Below, piece after piece: positions 12,956 through 25,537 of a DNA stretch of 64,000 bases. Both the position numbers and the translations under genes were made by a program. Each line of letters opens with the position of its first letter. Position 1 is the stretch's first letter. Source of the DNA: Podarcis cretensis (lineage: Eukaryota); NCBI GenBank assembly GCA_951804945.1, contig OX638155.1, positions 48,546,001 through 48,610,000 on the forward strand, written 5' to 3'. The notes under the pieces are model-generated. The model had not been told where the DNA came from and did no database searches. It saw only the letters and a list, made by a program, of their open reading frames with translations.

Positions 12956-14412
12956 TACCCCCCTGGACCCCTTGCTGAGAGTCTTGGTCGATCACTTAAT
13001 GAGCTGTATGCATGTCACAGCAATTGTAATGTACTGTGCTAGATACTGTATAGTTTTGATTGCATTTTTCCAAACATACAATGGACCACCTAAATGAGGC
13101 TTCTCAGTGCCTGTTTAAAAATACTTCTAAACTCTTTTGTTTAGGCAAGCCATTCCAGAATCGTAGATGACGATGTGCTTTAATCTCTTTTTAATCTCCT
13201 GTTATTTTTAACCATCTTTTAAGTATTTTTAACCACTGGTTGTTACCTGTTTTTTAATTGAGAATGTTAATTTTTTTTTGTAAACTGCTTAAAGGTTTTA
13301 TTGCAACCAAATGGTGTGAGTATCTACCGGTATATCTATATCTATATCTATATCTGGACAATTAAATAAATAAGTGAACAACCTTCAGTAATTTTCATCT
13401 GGTTCACTCTCCAAGGAAATGGAAAACTTGTTTGGTTATACCTTTTGCATAAATTCACTAGCCAAAAGTGCTGGAGAAATGCTGTGATTTATAATGGACT
13501 GTATATATTCAAGGACATTGGAGACAACGCGTTGGTTTCGGGCAAGGGACTATGGGGACATTTTAAACATGACTTTATATGAGTGCAATAATCAGAGTGG
13601 TGCTCACAATGAACGGGGGGGGGGGGGACCTCAACAAGTGTAAATCAGATGACCACTTTAAAAACATTAAAATGTCGATGGATGCAGAAGTCCTAAAAGG
13701 ATTCCATGGAGACATTAAAAAACCCCAGTAACTTCTTAGTAAGGCAGGTACTTCTAAGATATTAGCCAGGGATTCTGTCATACATATAAAACGTCCCCCC
13801 CATTTTTATTATCCTGATCTTGTACAGTTAGTAGCTACATGTTCTAACAAGTGTATAGTCACAATCCTCATGATGCTTACTCCAGAATAATCCTGATGAA
13901 AAAAATTAACATTTGAAACTAAATGATGCCTCCCAAAACAGATTTTTTTCTCTTACTGAAATCAGTGTTAATAAAAAATAGGATTTTTAAACAATATAGT
14001 CCACTGTTTGTAGAAAAGGTTGGTATTTAGATATTTAGGCTGGAATCCTGAGCACACTTACTTCTGAGTTCCCAGAAGGAGGAGCAGCAAAAGAGGCTTG
14101 AGCCCAGGAGTCAGCCTCTTTTCTTTTGGCCTTAGGCCCACCCCCGGCCGGCTGTCCATTGTCCTCCCTGGCCGAGGGCGGGTCAAAGGCCAGCTCAGGC
14201 AAGTGGGTGGCACCCGCCCAGGTGAGCCTCGCTTGGTGCCGCAAACCCCGCCCATCTGTGGGGAAGGGTGGGCGGATATTGACAAAATGATGTAATGCAG
14301 CACACCCTGTCTTAAGAACCCACAAATCCTCAGTTTAGATGGACCATTTCATTGTCATGAGGCTTCAGGATGATCACAACTGATCTTGGAAGGTTCTGTT
14401 TCATAACAAATA

Positions 14413-14621
14413 CAGTGGTACCTCTGGTTACATACTTAATTCATTCCGGGGGTCCGTTCTTAACCTGAAGCACCACTTTAGCTAATGGGGCCTCCTGCTG
14501 CTGCCGCACCACCACAATGCGATTTCTGTTCTCATCCTGAAGCAAAGTTCTTAACCCGTGGTACTATTTCTGGGTTAGTGGAGCCTGTAACCTGAAGCGT
14601 CTGTAACCCGAGGTACCACTG
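14413..14621. mobile_element. Tc1/mariner (Tigger-like) MITE
   Basis: TIRs cagtggtacctc / gaggtaccactg and TA duplication. Sisters at 46168 and 50509. Confidence 0.9.
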
Positions 14622-16069
14622 TATGGGGGTGAAGGGGAAGGTTGTTTGTCAGTTCTCTGACTTCCCAGTGATTCACAAATTACTTTGTGTCTTGGTGTGC
14701 TCATCTATGTTTGTACTCCTGATGTAACACAGATATGTATGATACTTGGAGAACATGCTGAGGTCCATGGCTAGTGAGTGGGGCCTGATGAACTTTATGA
14801 CACACATTTTAAGGGCTACTGCTACATTATTGTGGCAGATACTAAGGATCATATACTTAAGAGGTTTAAAGTACATATCCAGAATGGTAAAGAGATTCAT
14901 GTGACAGGAACACTGTGTTACCTACAGAGGCTAAAGCCCTCAGAGAGCTGTCTGGAACAGCAATAGACACAAGGATTTATGACAAGGAACAGCAATTGCA
15001 ATATCTAGTGCTAAACATTTAATCTAAGGTTACAGTTTTTACTTCGGATCAGAGCTGAAGTCAGCAGAATTAAATCTTCAAGTGCATTTCAGCAACCCTA
15101 AATCCTTCGGATACTGTTAACAGTGGCAGACTTCCAAAACACATTTGTTTAATAAGACAGTAAAATATAAAGTTATCTTCCTCAAGGAGGGGGGTGGGGA
15201 GAGGCCTGATGGGGGAATGAGAAAAAGAAAACGCCACCAAACTGTGTTCATCACATTTGGGCCTTTCTTGCATTTATTTCTACCACCCCCCTCAATTCTT
15301 TGTTCTTAACATGTTTTTCCTTCTTTGATAAATCAGAGAGAGATATTTTATGAGGTAAGAATGACTTTCCCTTTCTTTGTTTTTCCTTGTAGGTTGGAAG
15401 AGGATAAGAATTTGCCAGTCGCTAGGTAGCCAATTGTCCCCAGGCTATCAAAAGGGATTCAGCAGCTGTTACCTTCTTTTTCTTGCTTAACATAACTTTT
15501 TGTTCACCTGCAGCTAAAGCAAATTTATGCGGAGCATACTGGGATGTTGTTCAAGTCCCCAAGGCAACTCTATTAGCTTTCCCAAGAGCTCCATTAAATG
15601 CTTATTAAAGCAAACAAACAACAAAAAAGAAGAAATAACTTTCAGATAATGGTTCAGCATTAAACCTGTAAAAGCATGGGAAGACAGAGGAATGGCCAGA
15701 AATGTCATCCTTAAGAATCCCTTTTGTGTAGCAAAATTACAGCAGGCATAGCAAGGGTGATCACCCACTGTTTAGCTAGCCCTGCAGGATGTAACGGGAT
15801 GTAAAGGACTGAGCATCTTTGATTGCTCAGCTTTTGAGGACCTGGCTTGACCCATGGATGGCCAAAGAGAGTAATTGTTTTTTTAAGTTTTATGCCCTTG
15901 GAGTTTTTTGTGTGAGATACAGAGAGAGAGAGCCTCTGCATCTTGTGTTTAAGAGCGAACCTGTAAACCATATGTTCTAGCAACGGAAGTGATAGTGGGC
16001 TATGATATCCAGGAGACCAGGAAGATACAGAACAAATCCTTCTTCAGCCAGAGACCTTTTGTTTAACAC

Positions 16070-16156
16070 TGTGGCAGTTGCTTTCTCAGCCTAACCTACC
16101 TCATGGGGTTGTTATGAGGAGAAAATGGATGGAGAAACCTAGTACATTGCCCTGAG
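16070..16156 (+). mobile_element. Squam3 (MIR-derived) SINE 3' part, interrupted by the MITE at 16157
   Basis: tctcagcctaacctacctcatggggttgttatgaggagaaaatgg; homologous to the minus copy at 39705-39923. Confidence 0.75.
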
Positions 16157-16554
16157 TAGGGGTGCCAACTTGAATAAAATATGAGGGGGCCAGGTAAGTA
16201 ACGCCCAGCATAATAGTGTTGAAATTGCAGTGTCCCAAGCACAGCGGAATGATGAGGAGTACGTGCCACATACTCTATATTACTTTATTTACACTTCAAA
16301 GCTGGTAGATTACAGAAAAACATCTTGCCTCTGCCGGAGCAGAGAAAGCATCCTCTCTCCTCTGAAGCACGGAGAGAAACACAGTGTGAACAGTGAAAAA
16401 CAGGAAACCAGTGTACGTCACATCCAGTCTCCTTTCCCGTGGGAAAACCCAACAGCACAGACTGTGGAATGTAAACACCTGTCTCGTGACAAGCACTTCG
16501 CTGCACAGTGAAGAGAGCAGAAACCAACAAATAGATCACATGATGCGGCACACG

Positions 16555-16585
<31 letters not shown>

Positions 16586-16685
16586 CATTTGAATGGCAAT
16601 GCCCATCAACTTTGCAGGGCCCACCCCCTTGTATATTTTATTGGGAGGACAAAGGCACCTCAATCACTAGGAGTTGGCTCCTATG
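16157..16685 (+). mobile_element. hAT-type MITE containing a solo LTR and a (CA)n tract
   Basis: TIRs taggggtgccaact / agttggctcctatg and 8-bp TSD gccctgag/gtcctgag. Confidence 0.8.
16217..16529 (-). mobile_element. Solo LTR, 313 bp
   Basis: TGTTG...CAACA termini, perfect 5-bp TSD aatag (16212-16216 and 16530-16534), and AATAAA on the minus strand. The segment is absent from sister MITE copies. Confidence 0.8.
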
Positions 16686-17559
16686 GTCCTGAGTCACTCT
16701 GATAATGAGAAAGATAAAGTCCCACTTTTTACTTTGTGATAAGGTATTAAGCAAATCACTGTTCTGTCCTTGTCTATCTAGAATATACAAGACTCCACCC
16801 TAATTTTGTTGGGGGGGAAGCAGTTTGCAAATGAAAAGTGCTATGTATATTGGGGGGGGGTTGCATTGGCAGTTAGCCTTCCCTTACTGCTGCAATCCTA
16901 TACGCAGTTCTCTGGGGTGAAAGCTCTACTGAACCAGGCTCAGCATCACCATTCTTTCTCCAGCAATTTTCATGGCAGATACTTCCAGTGAATGCTGAGA
17001 ATTACTGCAAGCCAGGGTGGGCAGGTGTTGTTGGCAACAGCCCTCTAACACCACTCACGTTCTCCTCGCCCCAAGAGCTGGTCCAGCATCTGGTTGTTTA
17101 TATTGGCATCTCTCTCTCCCTGTCATCAGCAAAGCTTAATTTGTAAGGTAAAATGTCTGGAATGAGAGTGAACACATTATTGCAACCCCTTCATTAATCT
17201 TTGGAGGAAAATCACTTTGCATGTGCTCAGAGACATTCCATTTCATTATTATTGTGACAGCAGAAGCTTGCCTTCTTAAGCAGATATATCATTGTCCAAG
17301 CTGATCCACGTTCTGGCTTTCCTTGGACAGATGCTTTAGATTCTATGCATTATATGCAATGCAAATGCATGAACATAAGGCTGGGTGAATGGGATTACTA
17401 TGATCAGATTTGCTAAAATGTTGATGGCTATGACTTTTAGTTCCGTCTGTGGGCTCTTTTGCATTCTTCAAACAGCAGACAAAAGAGTCTGGCTAAGTAG
17501 GGTAGCTTTGCTCTGTGTTGCACTTAAAGTGTTACTGTTCTTCTTTTATTCCTCTTAAA

Positions 17560-17695
17560 TAGGCATAGGCAAACTCCGCCCTCCAGATGTTTTGGGACTA
17601 CAATTCCCATTATCCCTGACCACTGGTTCTGTTAGCTAGGGATGATGGGAGTTGTAGTCCCAAAACATCTGGAGGGCCGAGTTTGCCTATGCCTG
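17560..17695. mobile_element. Palindromic hAT MITE, young
   Basis: ~57-bp near-perfect inverted arms and perfect 8-bp TSD ctcttaaa. Confidence 0.92.
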
Positions 17696-18903
17696 CTCTT
17701 AAAGATTAAAAGGCAACTGAAATGTTTCCAGAATCCCATTTATTTGTGAAGCCTAATTATGACTCTCAAATATTGGTTGTGCGAACCAGAAAAATAAGGT
17801 GGCAAAGCAACGCCCCATCAAGTACAAAACCACAAATTTTGATTTTAAGTGTTCAAAATTCCATTGCATCTATAACAAAGGGATAAGTATCCATCTCCCC
17901 CCACCAGATTTTAATAGCCTTAATTTGTAATAGGCTCACAGAATATATGGGTGAACCCCCCCTTTATTCTTGCTGTTAAATGATACAGATCTTATCAATC
18001 AATCTTCATAATAAAGATTGGCTATGGAGAGGGAAAGCTAAGCAAGGGGCAAGGTGGCAATTTGATTTGATCCACCGCTTTCAAAATAAAGATTGCTTGG
18101 CCTTGTTTTTACTGAGGTAGCACACAGGCAGATTTCCTGGAGTCACCATCATTAGCAGTTAATAGGGGCTGCTGCAAGTTTCAAACCGGAGTACATTTGT
18201 GTTTCTTTCCCTGCCGGGCCCCTGAGACCTTGGCCATTGGACAGCAGTGTCGAGAGCCCCTTAACTGCTGCTTAGGTAGACCTCCTAATATAATTTCGCT
18301 TTTCACAGTTCTTGTAAAACACACATCGCTCCTTCCCTGCTGCGACTCTGCAGATTTCTGAATGATAACAAGGCAGAGAATTTACAATTGACTCGAGGTG
18401 CTTCTTTGCTATGGAACCCCCTCCTGCCTTGTCAAATGGACTTGAAAAACAAGTCCCTTTCTCCGGAGTTGTCATGCCCGACTTGACGAGGCATAAAATA
18501 TCCGGGTGCATCCTTTTTCCTACTGTAGCTTGTACTACAACATATTTCTGCTCAACTTTTATCTAGGCATGACATTTGCGATTCACATTGATTCCCCCCC
18601 TTGTCCCTGTATGCCTTGCGATGCCTTCCATAGCTGAATAGGTCTTTGGCATCCTCCCCACCTGTTGCAGCCCTTTGAGCAGCTGTTGGGCCTCAGGACC
18701 AGTAACCGTTTAGTGTCTGGCAAGGACCATGGTCAGTACCCATATTTACATTATCCTCTGTCGTTTTAGTGTAGGCTTGAGTTTATTTTGTTTATTGGTG
18801 TTTAAATTGGTTTTAGAAATATGTACCACTGCATTCTAGTTTGTTGTACCTTGTGGTTCCATGCTGAAGGGTGGTGTAGAAATATCTAAGTAACAAAATA
18901 AAT

Positions 18904-19247
18904 GGTAAAAAAGGGACCCTGACCATTAGGTCCAGTCGTGACTGACTCTGGGGTTGCGGTGCTCATCTTGCTTTATTGGCCAAGGGAGCCGGCGTACAGC
19001 TTCCGGGTCATGTGGCCAGCATGACTAAGCCACTTCTGGCGAACCAGAGCAGCACACGGAAACGCCGTTTACCTTCCCGTGGTACCTATTTATCTACTTG
19101 CACTTTGACATGCTTTCGAACTGCTAGGTTGGCAGAAGCATGGACTGAGCAACGGGAGCTCACCCCGTCGCAGGGATTCAAACCGCCGACCTTCTGATCG
19201 GCAAGTCCTAGGCTCTGTGGTTTAACCCACAGTGCCACCCTCATCCC
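18904..19247 (-). mobile_element. Sauria SINE (older subfamily)
   Basis: Reverse complement of the 10734 type. TSD-like aataaatgg on both sides. Confidence 0.92.
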
Positions 19248-19263
19248 TAGAATAAATGGATTC

Positions 19264-19445
19264 AGGGCAATTCCTCATCTGCACATTTAAAGCGGTATTA
19301 TGCCACTTTAAACAGCCAAAGAATTCTGGGACCTGTAGTTTGCCAAGGGTGTTGATAGCTGGCAGGACACCCACTCACAGCGCTACAATTCCCAGAGTGC
19401 CCTGGAAAGAGGGATTGATTGTTAAACTACTCTGGGAATGATGCA
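19264..19445. mobile_element. Dispersed lizard non-autonomous DNA-transposon-like repeat (family uncertain, possibly PIF/Harbinger)
   Basis: aagaattctgggacctgtagttt...ctacaattcccagag motifs recur at ~35860-36066 and ~49545-49715. Confidence 0.5.
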
Positions 19446-21177
19446 TGCCTTACTCCCTCAGCTGAGATCCTTTTACTAAGGAAAGTATTGCCATGCCCTC
19501 ACTGTGGAATGGCATGCCCTCACTGGGGATGGGATGATACCTTGGGGTATATGTGGGGCACATTCTCCGAGCTCAGCTGAATAACCTCCCACCACTGTCA
19601 ACCTGCCACTGACTCTCTCCTTCACCTGGGATCTTCTCGGCTTCAGGAGAGGGGCTAAAATGGCTAACCCTAGAGCAAACTCCATGGAACCAGAAAGAGT
19701 CGGTGGCAGTTGGAGCGGAATAATAAATACAAGGGCTGTATACATGTTAGTGTTTACTCTGGCCCTAGTGCACTTCCACTGCTGGGGTTTATGGTAAAGT
19801 ACTTGTGATGTTAGCCACTATCCATCTGTATCTTGAAGTTTCTTGAGAAATACTTCTGTTCAATGCATTTCCCCCTCAAACCTGCTTCCATCTGATTGAA
19901 AATGCAACCCACAGTTAAGTTGAGGTGTGTATAGTTCAGACAGCTGTTGCTCATGCTCAGATGACAGCTTCACTGAATAAGAATGGGGAGACAAATAAGG
20001 TACTGTGCGCTGAGTGGAGACTCCCTGCCCTTTTTCCTAGTGTGTACATTGATGCAAAAATGTGACTTGAAACGCTGCAGCGAAAAACAACCTTGCTGGA
20101 TTTTAAGCCACTAATGTGTATGTAGCTCAAAAGAGGACGAGAAACTGGGCTTGGAGGACATGGGCCTCAAGGCAGGGCATGAAGTAAGGGGCAGGTAGGT
20201 CCATACATGACCCACCTGCTTTATGAATTGTGGATTCACAAGGATTGGTTCCTGCTAGCTCTTATTCAAGCACCGATTCAAAATTTAAAAGGGCTGGATG
20301 CTGCAGTCAAGTATGATAACTCTGCATCCAAGAATACATTATTTACTTGTGATCCCAGAGGTTGGTTATTTCAAGCAGAGAACCACTTTGTACTTAAAGA
20401 GGGCCACTAAATAACCCAAGATCAGTCGACCTAAGATCGATCTAGACTAGACTATGCTGAACAGACTTCTGTCTTTTATGACGCTGTGTCTCCACTGGTT
20501 TTAGCACAGTTACCCATTGCTGCAAGAGAACGGCGTTAAGCCAAGGCATTGTAATGTTAAAAGTACAGCACTGCTTCAGCTGAATGAAGTTATGGTCAGC
20601 CTCTCAATATTACGTTGTATGAGGCTAATTGCACTTCCATACATTTGTCCTGTGACGTTTTACATTTTGGTGACAATAATTCAGTAAAATTAGAGGACAC
20701 TATTATAGTTTTCAAATAGAGTCCTACCAATATATTCACAACACAGGTCTTCCCACCCCCCAGCCTGTTCTACAAATGAATTCACATTATTGTGAATGGG
20801 AAGAATGATCAAACCAAAAGCAATTCATGTTGTTTTACATGACAATGGTTTTTGATGGATTGATTTAGATTTATTGTACACATTAGACAAGGGTGGAGAA
20901 CATTTTCCAGCTGGAGGATCTTATGCCCTTCTGTGCAACCTTTTGAGGGTTATGTGCCAGAAGAAAATAGTGGGTGGAGCAAAGAATGTACATTGTACAC
21001 TAGGCTAGCATCTGTTACCATACAGATATATCTTAGTTTGATGGCTTAAAATAAAATTAGTAATTTTTTAATATCATTTTTTAAAATTTCATTAAAAAAC
21101 AACCAAAAAGTTTAATTTATAGACAACAATAGACTGAATTAAGATTGCTGTTTATTTCATTCCAGAGAAGACTGGAA

Positions 21178-22272
21178 TGGCCCAGAGTGCCTTCCATCAG
21201 CTTTGACTGGTGGCCCAGCTATGCCCGTATCTGGACAGGGATAGCCTAACTACTGTTGTCTATGCTCTGGTAACCTCAAGGTTAGATTACTGCAATGCGT
21301 TATATGTAGGGTTGCCTTTGAAGATGGTTCGGAAACTTCAGCTAGTGCAGAATTCAGCAGCCAGGTTGCTTACTGGAACAAGATGGTTTGAGCATATTAC
21401 ACCAATCCTGGTCCGACTGCACTGGCTACCAATTAGTTTCCGGGCCCAATTCAAAGTGCTGGTTTTGACCTAAAGGTAAAGGTAAAGGTACCCCTGCCCG
21501 TATGGGCCAGTCTTGACAGACTCTGGGGTTGTGCGCCCATCTCACTTAAGAGGCCAGGGGCCAGCGCTGTCCGGCGACACTTCCGGGTCACGTGGCCAGC
21601 GTGACATTGCTGCTCTGGCGAGCCAGAGCCGCACACGGAAACGCCGTTTACCTTCCCGCTGGTACGCGGTCCCTATTTATCTACTTGCACCCGGAGGTGC
21701 TTTCGAACTGCTAGGTTGGCAGGCGCTGGGACCGAGCAGCGGGAGCGCACCCCGCCGCAGGGATTCGAACCGCCGACCTTTCGATCGGCAAGCCCTAGGC
21801 GCTGAGGCTTTAACCCACAGCGCCACCTGCGTCCCTGGTTTTGACCTATAAAGCCTTAAATGGTTCAGGACCATAATACCTCAAGGACCACCTCTTTCCA
21901 TATGAACCTACCCAGACCCTAAGATCATCCTCTGAGGCCCTTCTTTGTGTACCTCCTCCTTGAAAAGTGGCAACACAAGAATGGGCCTTCTCTGCAGTGG
22001 GTCCCCATCTGTGGAATGCACTCCCCAGGGAAGTTCACTTGGCGCTTTCATTATACACCTTTAGGCACCAGGCAAAAACTTTCTTTTTTAACCAGGTCTT
22101 TGGTTGATTTGACTGGTTGATGCCCTTTTAAAATGTGGTTGGGGGGTGTTATTGGGTTGTTGTTTTCATTTTGATTATATATTTTGTGGTTTTATATTTT
22201 GATTTTGTCTGTGAACTGCCCTGAGACCTCTGGGTATAGGGCGGTATATAAATTCAATAAATAATAATAAAA
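21178..22272 (+). mobile_element. L2-clade LINE 3' fragment, split by a Sauria SINE
   Basis: Translation ALVTSRLDYCNALYVGLP...LQLVQNSAARLL...HITPILVRLHWLPI...FKVLVLT, resuming TYKALNG after the SINE. (TAA)n-like tail. Confidence 0.9.
21473..21835 (-). mobile_element. Sauria SINE, full length, young
   Basis: Perfect 13-bp TSD tggttttgaccta; CpG-rich. Confidence 0.97.
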
Positions 22273-22937
22273 AGACTTTCTATGTCAAATGTGCTTGTTG
22301 ATCAAGTCTCGCTTTCCTTGTTGAAAAAAAACACACATTTCAGTTCTGTATGCTGTCCTTACTTTGCTGTTGTATCTGTATGTTTTTCTGTCAATTTTTA
22401 TTTATATGCATATACCTGCTACACTCACAGCAGAGACTATTAACTTTGCAACTATGTGACGCAAATCAATTTAATCCACAGCTGCAATTTATTTACTGAC
22501 TGCAACACACTACAGTTCTGCCAATGACAACATGTCTCTATAGTCTTTTGCAATAGACTCATACACACAACCAAATTCTACAGAAAGGGGTATTTGTTTT
22601 CCTTGTGGGGCGTAGAAACACACACAGGGTACTTTTTGCAGTTGGCAATAACTGCTCTGGAGTTACATAAATTAATACTATTAATTCCAAGTTTCCTAAA
22701 ATGAGATGTTTGACCTCTGGTGGTCGTGTTGGGGGTGGGGTGGGCAGCACCAAGGTACAAATGCAATATGTGTCTGTGTTGGGGACCACAGCTGCCTAGC
22801 TCTTCTACTGTCATACAAACTTGATTTAAGGCATATTACTATTGCAGGCAGTTGCAACTTAGAAACAGAGCACTCTGAACCTGAAAAAAAGCCTTTGCTA
22901 TACCAGCAGGAAGCTTTTCCAGTCTGAATCCCTAAAG

Positions 22938-23048
22938 CAGGGGTGAAGAACCTGAGGCCCCTCAGATGTTGTTGGACTCCAACTTCCAGGGACGATGGGA
23001 GATGTAATCTAAAAAGATCTGGAGGGCCAAAGGTTAGCTATTGCTGCC
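22938..23048. mobile_element. Palindromic hAT MITE (decayed)
   Basis: Homologous to 17560-17695. Confidence 0.6.
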
Positions 23049-23774
23049 TTGGAGAACGGCAGACAGACAGTGTAAGGGGCCTATGCTTATGCAGGGAAAT
23101 TAGAAGAATTAGAAAGTATTGTACTGATTTAACAGCATTATTTGCAAAGGACTGTGGGAACCGCCCCATTCAAATTTACTCATGTGGCAAACCCCGTGTG
23201 GAGAACCAGCACATTAGTAACCCACCAGAAACAAATCTACCTCAGATGAATGACTGCACTGGACGTAAAAATGGTCTTATTCTGTATGTAGGTAGTATCT
23301 ACTTCTGAAGGCTCATTGGAAGCAGACAACTGAGAGGCTCTTATCCAATGGTTCTGTACTATTTTAAAATGTGGAGATTTTATATCTATTGAAAATTTTT
23401 AAAATGTTGTGAACTACTTAGAGGCTTATCTGAAGTATTAAGCAATATGCAAACTAAAAGAGAGAGAAATTTCCACATGAGCAAATTTCAAATAGCCATC
23501 AAGTTCTCATGAATTGCTTATCTTGATCCCATACACATGCCTATCACTGGTGCCATTTCCCTTATCCTCTCATATAGGTAAGCTCTCTCATGTATCGTTG
23601 GCCTTCAGCACATGTTCATCTTTGACAGGAGTTATAACTCTGATCATATTCCACAGTAGGGTGGTTAATTCCTGTCATAAGTTTGTATACAAACACACAT
23701 TAGTAGTTATCGGCTTACAACTACTGTGATGTATGGTGTTATACCAGTAATGTTAAGAGAACTGCATAATCTAG

Positions 23775-24080
23775 ATAATGAGTACCACTGGTGCTCCACT
23801 GGTTATATGACATTAATATTGGCAAAGTGGAACATTCCAGCAGCGCTTCTCATTATCACTGTGCTGTACCACTGGTAGTAATGTTACTCCCCTGATATAA
23901 TCCTCTGAAAACCGTATGTATGACCAATGAAGAAGAAAAATTACAACCGAATTGGCACTTGGTCAAGTATCGGAAGCCCCAAGTAGTTATTACAGCTGCT
24001 AATTATCGCCACAGCGTTTTGCCAAGTAAGCAATCCTGGCCGGAATTAATGACACCAGTGACCTACCAGTGGTATTATAG
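23775..24080. repeat. Large degenerate palindrome (nested inverted repeats)
   Basis: Six complementary blocks in nested order, from taccactggt/accagtggta (outer) to tgaccaa/ttggtca (inner). Confidence 0.65.
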
Positions 24081-24314
24081 GGACTGTCAAAAGAAGCGAT
24101 TGTTTATATTGAGGCGTACATGCTGTTCAAAGGAGTGGCACATGGTGAAGCTGTGAGGGGACTAGCATTTGATCAAGATGACAAGCAGTGGCAGATCCCT
24201 GCTGCTCCTTGAAACAAAGGCAGGATGACATGTATTTGGTGTCATTTCAATGTAGATTCCGACACAAGCCAATTTATGGTCCAATTTATGTCTTGACTCT
24301 TGTAGTAAGGCCAA

Positions 24315-24446
24315 NNNNNNNNNNNNNNNNNNNNNNNNNNNNNNNNNNNNNNNNNNNNNNNNNNNNNNNNNNNNNNNNNNNNNNNNNNNNNNNNNNNNNN
24401 NNNNNNNNNNNNNNNNNNNNNNNNNNNNNNNNNNNNNNNNNNNNNN
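24315..24446. other. Assembly gap (N run)
   Basis: 132 Ns. Confidence 1.
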
Positions 24447-24893
24447 CAACAAGCGTGTCGAATAAAAAGCTTGGCACAGAAACATCACCTCCCTAATACA
24501 GTAGCCCCTAAACTTTACAACCATTACCAGGTCACTTTCCCCCCGTCCTTGCAGCTCTCCAGTTCATTAAAAAGAACCCCCCTTCTTTCCCCTCCCAGTT
24601 TCAAAGTTTTCTTCTTACATCTCTTTTTCCTCAGTGTCACCGTTTCATTACCAAGATAATGCATACTGTAGACAGTTGCCCAACTAGTCTCCACACATGT
24701 CTCCCAAACAAAGTCGTGGTGATGCAATATTCATTAGATTCTCAGATCGCTCTGTCCAGCCAGTCAGTGGTTCAGAAAAAGAATCAGGGATTTTCACTCT
24801 TCGTTTCCAAGGAGCGTGAGACTGTATCTCACAAAACATTCTTACAGAATGTCTTCCTGTGCCTCCTCTTCTACTGTGCTACAGCTCCATTTA

Positions 24894-25263
24894 AAGGTAA
24901 AGGTAAAGGTAAAGGTACCCCTGCCCGTACGGGCCAGTCTTGACAGACTCTGGGGTTGTGCGCCCATCTCACTCAAGAGGCCGGGGGCCAGCGCTGTCCG
25001 GAGACACTTCCGGGTCACGTGGCCAGCGTGACAAAGCTGCATCTGGCGAGCCAGTGCAGCACACGGAAACGCCGTTTACCTTCCCACCAGTAAGTGGTCC
25101 CTATTTATCTACTTGCACCCGGAGGTGCTTTCGAACTGCTAGGTTGGCAGGCGCTGGGACCGAGCAGCGGGAGCGCACCCCACCGCGGGGATTCGAACCG
25201 CCGACCTTTCGATCGGCAAGTCCTAGGCGCTGAGGCTTTTACCCACAGCGCCACCCGCGTCCC
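24894..25263 (-). mobile_element. Sauria SINE, full length, young
   Basis: Perfect 14-bp TSD tacagctccattta. Confidence 0.97.
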
Positions 25264-25537
25264 TACAGCTCCATTTAGTGCCCTCCAATTCTGGGCCATA
25301 TGGAATTGTCCCCTGAGTTATGTGTCACGGGCTGGGCTTTGGGCAGAGCAGCAAACAAGGACTAAAGAAGTTGGAAGCAGAGGTCTAGTCAGAAGTAGGC
25401 AGAGGCAAAGATACAGGGCATCAATGAGGAAAAGGGATCATCTGCTTCGGCAGTGTCCTCACTGAGTGTTCAGACTGAGAAGCAACCTTGCCGTAGGGAG
25501 ATTTTTTTTGACCAGGTGACCTGTGAGCCTGCTCAGT

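Noticed and set aside
14094-14111. gcttgagcccaggagt resembles the 7SL/Alu core
   Set aside because: Only ~16 nt match with no flanking 7SL homology; likely chance.
15331-15430. Apparent micro-exons (ag...GAG|gtaaga, then ttgtag|G)
   Set aside because: The implied intron of ~38 nt is too short and the peptide is not recognisable.
21513-21874. Recurrent 'MTDSGVVRPSH...' ORF family (also 24940, 54837, 56130)
   Set aside because: Translations of Sauria SINE copies, not a gene family.
24162-24524. ORFs spanning N runs (also 48672-49155)
   Set aside because: Open only because of assembly gaps.
25322-25537. Possible Gypsy-type LTR remnants (also ~26360-26550 and ~34535-34870)
   Set aside because: Composition and a TGTCACG-like start are suggestive, but I could not define both termini or a TSD.
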